DNA of 64,000 bases from positions 104,784,991-104,848,990 of the forward strand of contig NC_068982.1 of assembly GCF_001194135.2 (NCBI RefSeq), given 5' to 3'. The notes beneath the pieces were generated by a model. It made no database searches. It was not told where the DNA came from and saw only the letters and a program-made list of their open reading frames with translations. The position numbers were made by a program, and so were the translations under genes. Position 1 is the first letter of the stretch. The number at the start of each line of letters is the position of its first letter. Of the stretch, positions 26,301 through 39,800 are shown one piece after another. The DNA is from Octopus bimaculoides. Taxonomy: Eukaryota.

Positions 26301-29300
26301 ATTAATGAGAAAGGTACAATGATTTTAGGCAGGATATTGAGGGAAAGTAAAATAAGAAAAAGAATAGCTTTGTAGTTAAGGTAGTAGCAGAGTAGACAAA
26401 TTGAGAACTTAGCAGGGAAAAGGAAGGGATCACTGTTAGGAGTAATTCAGAAAGTAGAGGGACAATGGAAAGTTGTGTAGGGGTGGTCTACAGCTGTTCT
26501 TCATTATAATGCTGAGTATGGGTAGAAGGTGTGAGGAAAAGGACAAGAAGGGAGAACTAGACTAAGGTGGCAAGGAATCCTGAGTCATTGAAGCAAAATG
26601 AGGTTTGATCAGAGTGGATATTGGGAAGGCAGTTTAGAGGAGCAACTTGTGGATGCAGTGTGGGAAAGAGAGGCTGGAGGCTATCACATAGAAAGGAGAA
26701 GAACAGATGAATTCAGAGAAAGCATCTTAGATTGTAGTGAGAGAGAGAGGATTATGGAGAGCAGTGAATGAAAAGTTAGAGGTCATTCCAGTGGTGCAAA
26801 GGTCAAAGGTGTTGAGTGGCAATGATGATAACCAAGAAGGATATGTGCTGGTTAGTAGTGCAACAAAAATATAACGTGATTGGAGGGGGAGGCTATGAGT
26901 GATGAATAGACTGGTCATGGAGAGTTTGGGCATGAGGATTCAAATTAAGAAAAGAATGGTTACTTGTGTGTTAAGGTGCATTTTGTCATTGGAGGGTGGG
27001 TTTTTGTAGTGCTGCATATTGTCAGTTAGTATGGTCCTTTGTCATTTCCTCTGAAATGCAGCATCTTTAGGTTAGCCATCACCACTTTGCCTTAAATCTT
27101 TCTTGGTCTCCTCCATTCTCTTCATATACCTGTACTTGTGCAACTCTCTTGCACATTACACCTAGTTCCTCTTATACCCAGTTAACCTCTTAGTTCATTT
27201 GTCGTCTGGTGTTCATGCACGTTAATATTATGGATCCATTGGAATATGCAAGCTTCATTTCTTTCTGGTCTTTGCAAATCTTCTGCATTTGAAGCTCATG
27301 TGTTGCTACTATGCAACATTATAATTTTAGCAGAAGATTCATACAATCTGCCCTTTACTCTGAAAAAAAAAAAATCATTGTTGTCAGTGGTAATAGCTCC
27401 TTGAACTTTTTCCAGTCTGTTGTTATCCTGATTAATATACTTTCTGAGCAACTATCTTCCCTTTTAATTATTTCTCCTAGGTGTATTGCTCTAGTGCATC
27501 TGCCACATGTAGTTCAACTCTGTTAGTCTGCCTGTATTTTCACTTCATGTCTTGCGTGTCCATAAGCTTACATACATTAGACACAGCATCTGATGTTTAT
27601 GTCTACTTTGTGGCATATGAAGCAAAGCCATTTCTCTGAGTTGAATGCCAGGAATAGTGGTTTGCTTTTAGCCAAGTATTTCTCTTGCAGTTGTCTAAAT
27701 TGGAGCATTGCAAACATGGTACTTCTACTTGGCATGAAGCCAAACTGCACTTAATTTAGATTTACTCTGTGATCCAACAGTAAGATTCTTCTTCAATTTT
27801 GTCTCTCTATGGCATCTCTTTTACCTCGATAGTTTAGAATTATACTTCTACGACAGTTTTAGAATTATCCCTGATGGTCATACATATCCTATCTCCAATA
27901 TTTTTGAACATCTCTGCAACTATTCCTGATAATCCAGTAGCGTTCTTTGACTTCATGTTGTTAGTCATTTTATCTACTAAATTGCTGTTCTCTCTATAGG
28001 ATCATCATGAAATAGTGTGCACCTTTTAACCCTTGCATTCTCCACATTCAACAGTCTCTAATAGTAGCATTTTCATGCCACTTGTTTTCCTTCCACAGCA
28101 GTGGCTAGTATACCATCATCATTTTGGTTATATTTCTCCCCAATAGCATCTTTGTTTTCTCTAACATGTGCAAATCTTTTCCTTTCTGCTTCATCGTTAG
28201 CCAAGTGCACCAGTTGCATATGTCTTGCTTGCTGCTTGATAATGCACTTTGCTGCTACCTTCCTTCTAGGTTTTTCAAGCCTTTCTCTTTGCCATTACAC
28301 TACTATCAAACATGTCATTCTGCCATCTAATTATATTCAGTTTGGCTGGGACTTTGCACCAGGCATATGTTTCATCTGTAGCCCTAAGCAGGTTTTATGT
28401 ATGTATGCATGTAGGGTGATTGCTGTAGTATTAATGTAAACTGGTTAACAGCCAAGATCAGTTGAGGTTCCTAATGTACATCTTGTTTTATTCTTCTATT
28501 TCTCCCTTACACCTTACCTCCTCATCAAGGCCTGCACCCACCTCACTATTGAATTTATTCAAGATCCTAGTTGCTGATAACTGGTGTGGTTCAGGGATTC
28601 CAGGTTAGCTGGTGTTACTATTCATACTGCCAGACCCTAAACACATTTACCATTATTATGGTGTTTTTAGGATAATGGATATTCCCTCATTTTTTTTTCA
28701 TAATGACATTTTGTTGAAACATGAAACTATGTATATATATATATATATATATATAATAGGGGGGGGGGAACCCTGCAGAGGTCAGCAATGCCTGTGCAGA
28801 GTTTTAGATCCAATAAGGCTTGCACAACACCTCATAGACCCTCTCCACTCTATTGACATTATCCAGAGACAAGCCGGAGCAAGATGTCTGGTGCCAATAT
28901 GAGTCACAGGCTCAGGGATNNNNNNNNNNGACCCTCTCCACTCTATTGACATTATCCAGAGACAAGCCGGAGCAAGATGTCTGGTGCCAATATGAGTCAC
29001 AGGCTCAGGGATGTGGGACCGCCGTGATCTCTAGCACAAACCAAAGATCCCCAAAATGTCCAATGCCATTCCCTGCATATTTGGTTTTATATCAGAGTGA
29101 CCTTCTAGAGACACGCTTCAACAAAAGCTCAGGTCACTTATAAGGCTCTCATGAGTGCTGCTGGTAACATGTAATTCAGTACAACCTGTTGCATGGTTGG
29201 GTTGCCGGCGACTAAACTGGCACCCCTACCAGGCTACCCTGGTGAGGAGGGTTGCTAGAAACTCAGCAGGAATAAAAACGACCTGTTGAAAGCTTGGAGG

Positions 29301-29483
29301 TATATGTGTATACGTATATGTATATACATATGTGTATCTATATACGTATATATATATGCATATGTATTTATATATGTATATATGTATCTACATACCTAGG
29401 TATTTATATGTATATATATATGTATTTATATTCATATGTATATTTATATATGTGTGTATGTCTATATGTATGTATATATATAT

Positions 29484-29516
<33 letters not shown>

Positions 29517-29590
29517 CATGTGTACATATGTATGTGTATATATGTATATGTATGTATATATGTAATTTTGTGTATCTATTTATATGTATG

Positions 29591-29627
<37 letters not shown>

Positions 29628-30119
29628 TGTGTGTATATATGTGTGTGTGTGTGTGTCTGTATATATGTATAAATATGTGTGCGTATATATGTATATATAT
29701 ATATATATGTATTTTTAAAGTCAAAACTACCATAGTAGAAACATGGTTTATTATGGTAGATTTGACTTTGGTCCCTCCGAGTGTGAGGCATCTATGTATA
29801 GTAATGCCCTTATTTAATAATTTTTTCCCTTATGAAGTTTTTCACCCTAACTACTTGATAAATTCTTATAAAGATTTTATCCTATTTTTGAATGTATATA
29901 TGTTTATGTGTATATATATGTATGTATGTGTATATGTATCTGTGTGTATGTATATGTATATTCGTGTATATATATATGTATGTGTATATAAGTATATATA
30001 TATGTATGTGCATATAAATGTGGAGAGAGGAGGCCGGTATGCATGGGCGACTGCTGGTGTCCATAAACAACCTTGCTACCATGTGCTTCCAATCTGAGTC
30101 GCACTGCACAGGACCTTCT

Positions 30120-30188
<69 letters not shown>

Positions 30189-31338
30189 AATCTCTGAAGA
30201 GGCGTAGCGAATCATGCATGTACCCTCATTACATCATTTTCATCTAATAATTACAACCGGTGTACAGGAGCTATAGAGATAGAATGGGGCATGCCAACGC
30301 TAGGCCGAAACAGCTGTAAGTTTCTGTCCCTTCTCCAATTGCTAAATGTCCTTTATATCTGTAATCTTAATTGTTAATGACGTGGTATGTCATAAGTGTC
30401 TGTATATTGTGTTTTTTGTCAATTTAGTTATAAAATAAACAGATTAATCAATGGAATACCTTGTCTGTAAGTCGATGGGTACCGCATATTCTCCTCCATT
30501 TTCTCATTGCTATATAAATTTAGGGTAAAATAACCCCTTTTTACCTGCACCCACTTATTGCACTTGGTATAACACTAGTGTATATAAATAATTGGGTACC
30601 CTCCCAGCAGTATATTGGATAGATACTATCCCTTAGTGGGTTGAATCCTCAACCCCTAACTCTCTTGGATTATATGTATATGTATATTTATATATATATA
30701 TAGATATATAGATATATATATATATATATATAGATATATAGATATGTATATATATAGATAGATATGTATATATTTAGATATGTATATATATAGATATATA
30801 TGTATATATTTAGATATGTATATATATATGTGTATATAGATATATGTATGTATATAGATATATGTATGTATATAGATATGTATGTATATAGATATATGTG
30901 TATATAGATATATGTATGTATATAGATATGTGTATGTATATAGATATGTGTATGTATATAGATAGAGAGAGAGAGAGAGAGATATGTATATATGTACATA
31001 CGTGTATATATATGTATATATATCATAGTTTAACGCCCACTTTCCATGCTAGCATGGGTTGGACGATTTGACTGAGGACTGGCAAGCCAGAAGACTCCAG
31101 GCTCCAATCTGATCTGGCAGAGTTTCTACAGCTTGATGCCCTTCCTAACGCCAACCACTACGAGAGTGCAGTGGGTTCTTTTATGTGCCACTGGCACGAG
31201 GGCCACTCTCACGGTACTGGCAATGGCCACGCACAAAAGTGTTTTTTACATGCCACCTGAACGGGAGCCAGTCCAGCCGCACTATGTATATATGTATGTA
31301 TGTATGTATATGTATGTATATATGTAGATAGATAGATA

Positions 31339-31371
<33 letters not shown>

Positions 31372-33780
31372 GTAGATAGATATATATGTGTATATGTATA
31401 TGTGTGTATATATATATATATGTGTATATGTATATGTGTGTATATATATATATGTGTATGCATATGTATATTTATGTATATGTATATATCATCATCATCG
31501 TTTAACGTCTGCTTTCCATGCTAGCATGGGTTGGACAATTTGACTGTGGACTGGCAAACCAGATGGCTACACCAGGCTACAAGTTTCTACATCTGGATGC
31601 CCTTCCTAATGCCAACCACTCCGAGAGTTTAGTGGGTGCTTTTACGTGCCACCGGCACGAAGGCCATTCAGGCAGTACAGGCAACGGCCGCGCTCAAAAT
31701 GGTGTATTTTATGTGCCACCTGCACAAGGCCTGTCCAGTGGCACTGGCAACGGTCTCGCTCGAAAGTCCTTACTCATGCCTCGGGCACAAGTTCCAGAAA
31801 AGCAACACTGGGCACAGGTGCCATGACGATTTTGCTTTCGCTTACCCCAACAGGTCTTCGCAAGTATATGTGTATATATATATATATATGTATAAATATG
31901 TATATGTGTGTGTATATATGTATATATATATGTGTGTGTGTATATATATGTGCATATATATGTATATATATATATGTATATATGTATATACATGTGTGTA
32001 TATATGTCTATATATATATGTGTATATATATATGTGTGTGTGTATATATAGATATGTATGTATATATACATATATATGTGTATAAATATGTATGTATATA
32101 GATATGTATACGTGTATATATATATNNNNNNNNNNNNNNNNNNNNNNNNNNNNNNNNNNNNNNNNNNNNNNATATATATGCCCACATATATACATAAATG
32201 TATGTATATACACACACCCAGATACATACATGAGCAAGTGAAAGAGGCATTTGGAAGTAAACAGTTAAGATTGTATTAAAATGTATAGTAGAAAAAATTG
32301 TAAGAAAAAGTATGAAGTTTGTCATTTGAATGTTAAGATTTGAATAAATCTCTTTATGTGTCTCTATATGTAATGTTTATCATTTTATCTGCTTTTCTCT
32401 GCTTGCCTGGGTCATATGATGTTTCAATGAAGCAGAATTTGGTATGGCCTGTTGCTTTTGTTGTTGCCAAGCTTCACCTTGTTTTCAAGGAAGATGCCTT
32501 ATCTTCCTTGTTTATCAAACAACAAGCAGATCCATCATGTACTTACAGAGGATTGAAAGAATGATATCATTTATATGAGCAGTGATGCTTTGTCTACAAT
32601 TAGCTTGTCAACACTAGGGGAATATGCACTCAGTCTTATTCACATTCATAAAATGTAAGTGTTTGTTCTGTTCAGTACCTTTGTATTGACACTGGTTGGG
32701 TAGTAGTGATTCAGTGTGTAAAAGGCAAGTTGAATAAATTACTGAGAAACGAATATGAGATGGGTGTTAGGGAAAGGAACCAACTATAGAATACTGTCTC
32801 AAGAATCTCATCCAGCTCATGCCAGCATGGAAAAAACATGTAAAAACAACATTGGTGATTCTTGTCGTTCTAAATGTTATATATATATATATATGCATGT
32901 ATGTATGTATATGTATAATATAGTTAGAAATAACATTGTTTTAAACAATTTTCTATTGTTACTTCAAAATGTGATAGCAAGTAAGAATATATTTGTAGAA
33001 TAATTTGCCTCAGTGATAAAATTTTTTCCTCATAATATTTACATCACTTGATTTTAAGAAATTGTAATTCATGCAGCTGCAAAATGTGGTTTGGAAAGAA
33101 AATATTAAGGAATTTATTACTTGAAGGAAGACCCATTTCATGATGTCCTATTCGATTGAAAAATTATCAGCTCTTCCCTATGTAGAAAACTTAATGGAAG
33201 ATAATTTATCTAAATTGTTCCAAGCAACTAGGTATAGAAAATACTTCATTATTGTTGATGAGTAGGGTAGGGACTTTCCTTCATAGGTATGTTATCTTAT
33301 ATCTATGTGGTTCAACTAATACATAGTACGGGGATAGTTTAACAAGCTGTAAATTTATTTTATTTGAAGAATTATACAAAACTTATTGTAAAGAACAATC
33401 CTTTACTTTTCCTTGTTTATCAAAAGCATTTTCTAATTAGTTTTTGCACATTGAATCTTCTTGGCTTTTATCCCAACTGTTTTATAGCAGTTGCTGATAG
33501 CATCATTTCCTTTCTGTTCAGTACATTCGCACATTTAGTGACCCAACATTCATTAACAAAAAAAAAAATCTTTGTTGATGTAATATTAATACTGTTTTTT
33601 TGTGAAGCATCCTTCATTCTTTTCAACTAGTGTAGATTAGTGTTTAGTATTATACCCATAAAAGTATTAAATTCCCTAACACTGGCTTTATTGATACATG
33701 TAAAAAATCTGAAGTCAAAAGTGTAGTGATAGTAATTAATAATAAACATATTGCAGTGTGTCTGTGTTGTGTGTATGTAC

Positions 33781-33831
<51 letters not shown>

Positions 33832-36800
33832 ATGTATGTGTAGGTAGGTAATATATGTATGTATAAATGTACATATGTATATGTAGTGCTATTTGCTGAA
33901 AATACTAAAAGTTATGGAATATAATTTGTTAGGACTGGAGAATACTTATTGAATGAAAATATTTGCCTTGAAGGAAAATGCTTTGCTTTTTATAAACTGC
34001 ATATTCATATGGAACTTTCAGTCCATAAATAAAATTGTATAATCCTGTTAGATTTTGTTTTTGTCAACAATGCTAACTCCATGAAATCAATAAACTATAT
34101 CCTGTTTGTTTATGGGCCCCCTTTAAAAAGTTTTGATAGTGAAATAATTGCTAGGTATTTTATAGCCTTCCTGATTTCAATCTTCAGTTCAGGCACACCA
34201 AATACAGGATATTTAATTTTGTGTCTAGTTTTTGGTGATATTGGAAGATATCTAACTCATTAAAGACATTAGATGCCCTCCCTCCCATTTTCTTCCAAAT
34301 AATTGGGAGTTATTTCACTTTAATGTCACTTATACCAATAATAATATCCTAATCTTCTATACGTTAAGTTAAAAAAAAAAACCCAACAAAATGTAAGTTA
34401 TAACTTGTCAGAGGAGCAGTGTTTTATAAGAATACCATTTATTTTAGTATAAAACATTAAGCACGTTTTCCAACCTGCTCCCATATTTTTAACTCTTTCA
34501 ATGATTTTTGCCTGATCTAGAATATTCCAAGGACAGTGTCACTATTAAATGATATATTTTAGCAAATCTAGAAAGCATCTGCGTTTATTCTCTTTATGTT
34601 GTTCTTAAATGCTATTTTTCTCTCTTTTTTTGTGTTTTTATATATCAGTAAGAAGTTCAATATTGCTCGTGCCACCCTTACGGCCAGCTGTTTTATGGGG
34701 CTTTTGGTGAGACTACAGTGGCCAAAATTAGGGCCAAACTGGAGGCAATCAGTCGATCGGTGCTTGTGATGTGGTAATCCTTATTTCACATGAATATATT
34801 GTAAATTGTTTGATTCCTAAATACTGACAGCCTATATCTACTGGTGCACATCATTGATATTTTCTCTCTACGACTCTTGATTAGTAATCACTGAAACTTT
34901 TAAAGCAATATTAGTCTGGATGATCTAATATTCTTGCTCTCATACTTTAATTTTTTCAATGTATCTTCCCTTTTTATATTTTTCTCCATATCCCTTAAGG
35001 ACTATGTCTGTGCCTCAAATAAAAAAAAAAAAATCTTGTCTCTGCCCCAGTCTTCATTTGTCTTGGCCCTGTTCATATTCCGGCTCTTTTTCTTTTCTTT
35101 TTTTTTTTTTATATCATTATATAGTTTCTTCCAATACTTGTCCTATTTTTGATTGTTTATTTAACTATCTTTTGGTTTTGCTGACAGATTTGGCTGCAGA
35201 AGAACTACAAACACCACAGGCTGAACAAATAGGTCCAATTGTTGAAGGTCCCGGTGCAAAAAGAGACCAGAAACCATTTGTATTGCCTAAATTGACAGCA
35301 TCTCAACAAGAAGCTATACAGAAGGCTAAGAAATATGCAATGGAACAAAGTATTAAAAGTGTCCTGGTGCGACAGACCATTGCTCATCAACAACAGGTAA
35401 AGTATGTTTGTGTTTGTGTGTGTGTGTGTATATATATAAATAAATAAAGGGAAGACCCAGCAACTAAAGTACAGCCCAGTTAAGAGTACCCCTGATGCAT
35501 TGGTGATATGATATGCTTGAGAAGACCTGTTGAGTCAAGTAAAACCAATATTATAGCTGTAGCCAGTGGCATGTAAAAAGCACCATCTGAATGTGGTCGA
35601 TGTCAGGTCCACCTGACTGGCTCTCATGCCTGTGACACGTAAAAAGCACCATCCAAACATGGCCAGTGCCAGTACCCCCTGACTGGCTCCAGTGCTGGTG
35701 TCACGTAAAAAGCACTATCCGAACGTGATTGATGCTAGGACCACCTGACTGGCCCATGTGTTGGTGGCACCTGAAAAGCATTATCTGAACATAATTGATG
35801 CCAGGCCTGTCTGACTGGCTCCTGTGCCAGTGGCATGTACAAAGCCCCCCCACTACACTCAGAGTGGTTGGCGTAAGGAAGGGCATCCAGCTGTAGAAAC
35901 ATTGCCAGATCAAATTGGAGCCTGGTGCAGCCGCTGGCTCTCCAGACCTCAGTCAAACCATCCAACACATGCCATCACTGGAAAATGGACATTAAGCAAT
36001 GATGATGATGTGTATTATGTTTATATTTTTCATGCTAGTATATGATTTTTGATAGTTTGCATTGTTTTGATTAGCTATTTTTATATTTAGATGTCTATCT
36101 TGTAAAGTAGCTAAATAGATCTCTGTGAGTTTGATTTGTTCCAGCTTAGTCAACTGTAATGTGACTGGTTATTGAACAAAACCTTAACATGGCCCTCAAG
36201 CAGAATCAGCATGAGACAGTATGTGTGAGATAAAGCTGCTTTTGTGAATTACAAGTTCACTCTTTCACAGTTTCCTTCTAACCATTTCTCACTCCTTGGG
36301 ATTGAGTTGACCCGAGGTCATGGTAGACAATACTTACCCAAAATGTTGTGGAGTGGGATTTAATCTAATAGTTGCAAAGTGAATGGGTCATAATGTAGGA
36401 CATCTAGAAGCTGCTCAAAGATTCATTAGTATTTCATTGGTAACTCTGGGTAGCTACCTATTGTTATATTTGTTGTGAAATAAATAAATAAATAAATCAA
36501 AAAGTTCTGAGTTTCTCTTTGTTTATAGTAATTAGCCACTGTAGTTTTATCTGGAACACTTGAAGTAGAATGAGTAAACAAATTTGGTCAGTGGGCTTCA
36601 GGTCAGACAGACTATGATTATGTCTGGTTTCTTTAGAAAATTTGGAAGAGGAACACTTTTAAAGTTTCTCACTCATTCTGTTTCTAGACACAATTCATTA
36701 TCATTGTCTGAATTGTTTTCACTGTTAAAAGTTGAAATGTGATGCTTGCTGCCTTGTTTTTTGTATTTTTGCTTTAGAAGCTCCTTCAAATTCAGATTAA

Positions 36801-39800
36801 ACATGATCAGATAATTTGTCTTAACCTTTAAATACCATCTTACCTGAGGCTGTCAATTTATGTTCGAAACCCCAGCTTAATAAGAACCAAGTTATTTTAC
36901 TAACATTACTACATTATTTTAAAAATTAATTGAAACAGAGGCATTATTTTTCAGCAGAAATATGGGGGGGAAAAAAACCCAGTTTAATAGAAATATTTAA
37001 ATCAGACTAGTTTTTGTCCTTCTTATCTATATAGTAAATGTTTTGTTTTGTTTTTTTTACTTTATTGTTTTTCTATAATTTAAAACAAGTTTTTCATATT
37101 TTAGATATTTACTGTCATTTAAAATTATTCTTTCTGTTTTCAGCAAATGGCAAACTTTCAAAATACTGTTCAAAGGCAGCAGGCCTTAGCATTAATGTGC
37201 AGGTAAGTCATTTCAATTATCAAAACTAGCTTTCTTTTTGTTACTTTATCTTCATAATTCTTCCTCTCATAGTAGTGTTGGTTGGACAGATTTCATACAC
37301 ACATTTAACCTCTTTCTATTTTACATTATTTTAACTGTAATACTCAGCTTGGCTGGTCTTCCTTCTTATCTACTCTTCTTGCTAATGTTTTGATATTAAA
37401 TTTGGAGCACATCCATTTTATGTCACAATCCTGTGTAATTTCTGGCTTGGTCTGACAATGGGAACCAGATTTGTCAGTATTGTTTAGTAGCTTGCTAATG
37501 CTTGTGAGTCATTCTTTCCACAGAATGTCCAAATGTGTTGCTTTATTTTGGTAGTTAAATTTTTTTAATTATAAATTACCTTCTGTGTTGACCAGGATAA
37601 CGGAGGTTTTCTAGTGTTGTATGTGTAGTTACACAAGTTGTCTCTCTTAGTTGTGTTTCATTTTTCTATTAGTGTAATCTCAGTTCTTAAATTTCATTTG
37701 CCTAATTCACATTCAAAGTGTTTCCAATTTTAACCTATTTTCTCTTTTCTAAAATACATTAGAATCATAGGAAAAAGGTTTTTTTACCCAATTTAATTTT
37801 GAGTTATTTCCTAAAGGGTAAAATAGAATAAATTCTAAATAATTCTGTGCTGTTTATTATATGACCAATTATCAAGTCGCATATTAGAATAATAGTTTTA
37901 ATAAAGATTTTCTTCCTTTTCACAGGATTTATGTTGGTAGCATAAATTTTGAAATCAAAGAGGATACAATAAAGCAAGCTTTTTTACCATTTGGTCCTAT
38001 AAAGAGTGTCAACCTCTCTTGGGACCCTGTGACTAATAAACACAAAGGCTTTGCTTTCATTGAATATGAAGTCCCTGAAGCTGCCCAGCTGGCTTTGGAA
38101 CAGATGAATGGTGTCATGATTGGTGGTAGGAATATTAAGGTAAATTTTAATTTTTTTATCTTCTATCCCCACCAATATCCTTGTGAATTATACATGTATC
38201 ATTATAAAGGAAATATAAATTTAAAAAAAAACTGCCAATATATTTCCTTGGTGAAATCATTTAACCCTGCTTTTCTTAATAGTGTAGTTCCTCATATGTG
38301 GGTCATAAAATATTCTTTCTTTTTATTTAACTGCAACAGAACCCATGAACCCAGGCAAGCAACTTGTGAGGAAAAAACATTAATATATTAAATTCTTACT
38401 TTCTGGGATTTATTTATAGGCTCAGAACAGCCTATTAGAGCTCACTTTGTGTTTTCTTAGAAAACTAAGAAGAAAAAAAACTTGTAGAGAAAGAAGACAT
38501 ATGAATGCAGAATCAAAAATTACTTCCCCCAGTCCATATTTTAAAACAAATATTTGAAAACAAAATGTGGTGCATTTAATTTCATGAAAATAGTATTTGG
38601 TTCATTAATTTTTTGATTCAACTGATATCAGTGGTGTAAGTGAATTCAAATGATTGAGGAAGGGAAGAAATTAATGAAATTATATGTACATGTGTAAGTT
38701 AGCCTATATTTTGTACAGTGATAGAAATCTATTACTGTAGCTAGCTTCTGAGTAGCTCAGAAATAACTCAATTTAAAATGTTCCTTGATTCTGTACGATC
38801 ATTGAAAAAATACATTCACCATCATCATCATTTAACGTTCGTTGTCCATGCTGGCATGGGTTGGATGGTTTCACCAGGCTAGCACACTGGAAAGCTGCAC
38901 CAGACTTCAGTCTGATTTGGCATGGTTGTCTATAGCTGGATGTCCTTCATAATGCCAACCACTCTGAGTGTAATGTGTGCTGTTATGTGTCGCCGGCATG
39001 GGTGCCATTGTGTGACACTGCTATTGCATGCTACCGGCACGGGTGCCAATTTGCATGACACCAGTATCTGCCATGACTGATTTTGTTTGGCTTGGTTGGT
39101 CTTCTTCTCAAGCATGGACATAATGCCAATGGTCTTGGTCATTGCCTCTGTGAAGTCCCACACTTGAAAGGAACTCAGCCACTTTGCCACTGCGAGGCCC
39201 AATGCTTGAAAGGCACTCACTTGCTGTACTACAAATGATTGAAGAAAAAAAAAGTGTAAATAGTAGAAGTTCTATGAGTTCAGTTCTTTTAATAATAATT
39301 TCTTATATTGGGAGGAGTTCACATATTTATTGGTTAGATATAACCCAGTTTATAATTGATAACACAAGTTATCCATTCCTGGATGAATGAAAAGTCAAAA
39401 TTAACCCAGTATTTTTGGACTAAGAACATTTTTGTCTGTTAATCTTCTTGGTTGGTAGACTTAATCTGATTCTTAGGTATCTTTTGATAAGTTCATTCTG
39501 TTGCAACCACTTAGCCTAAGTTTTTGGTCTTAGAGTATCCTGATGTCTTGACTACAGTAATTTGTGGCTTTTTTCCTTTGTCCAATTCCTCAGTCTTGGA
39601 GGTCATGGAAAAGTTGCATGCTTTACCCTTCATCCTACAACAAAACCATAACAAATATAAAAAAATTAAAAAAAAAAAAACAAACTAATCACCATTTTAG
39701 TTCAACAAGTGGAATGTTTGTGTACACACATTTCCAAAGTGAAATGCAAAACCTTACATAAAAAAACAATTTGCATGCCATATTTTTTCACATTCTGAAT

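Larger units (their letters stand above)
29300..32220. repeat. Block of (TA)n/(TATG)n/(TAGATATG)n simple repeats interleaved with dispersed repeats
   Basis: Directly visible; it accounts for the YI/IY-rich ORFs in the track. Confidence 0.95.

Noticed and set aside
28837-29012. Perfect 83-bp direct repeat (could be mistaken for a CRISPR-like or tandem array)
   Set aside because: The two identical copies sit either side of a 10-N gap, typical of an unmerged contig overlap.
29294-32325. Many 70-270 aa ORFs rich in Y/I/M/C/V/H/T (also at 11577, 18403, 61345 and 61674)
   Set aside because: They are translations of (TA)n/(TG)n/(TATG)n microsatellites, not genes.
34660-34793. Possible H/ACA snoRNA (H box AGACTA 34710-34715, ACA 34788-34790)
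   Set aside because: I could not fold two convincing hairpins with pseudouridylation pockets, and the splice signals explain the island better. Not fully excluded; snoReport or snoGPS would test it.
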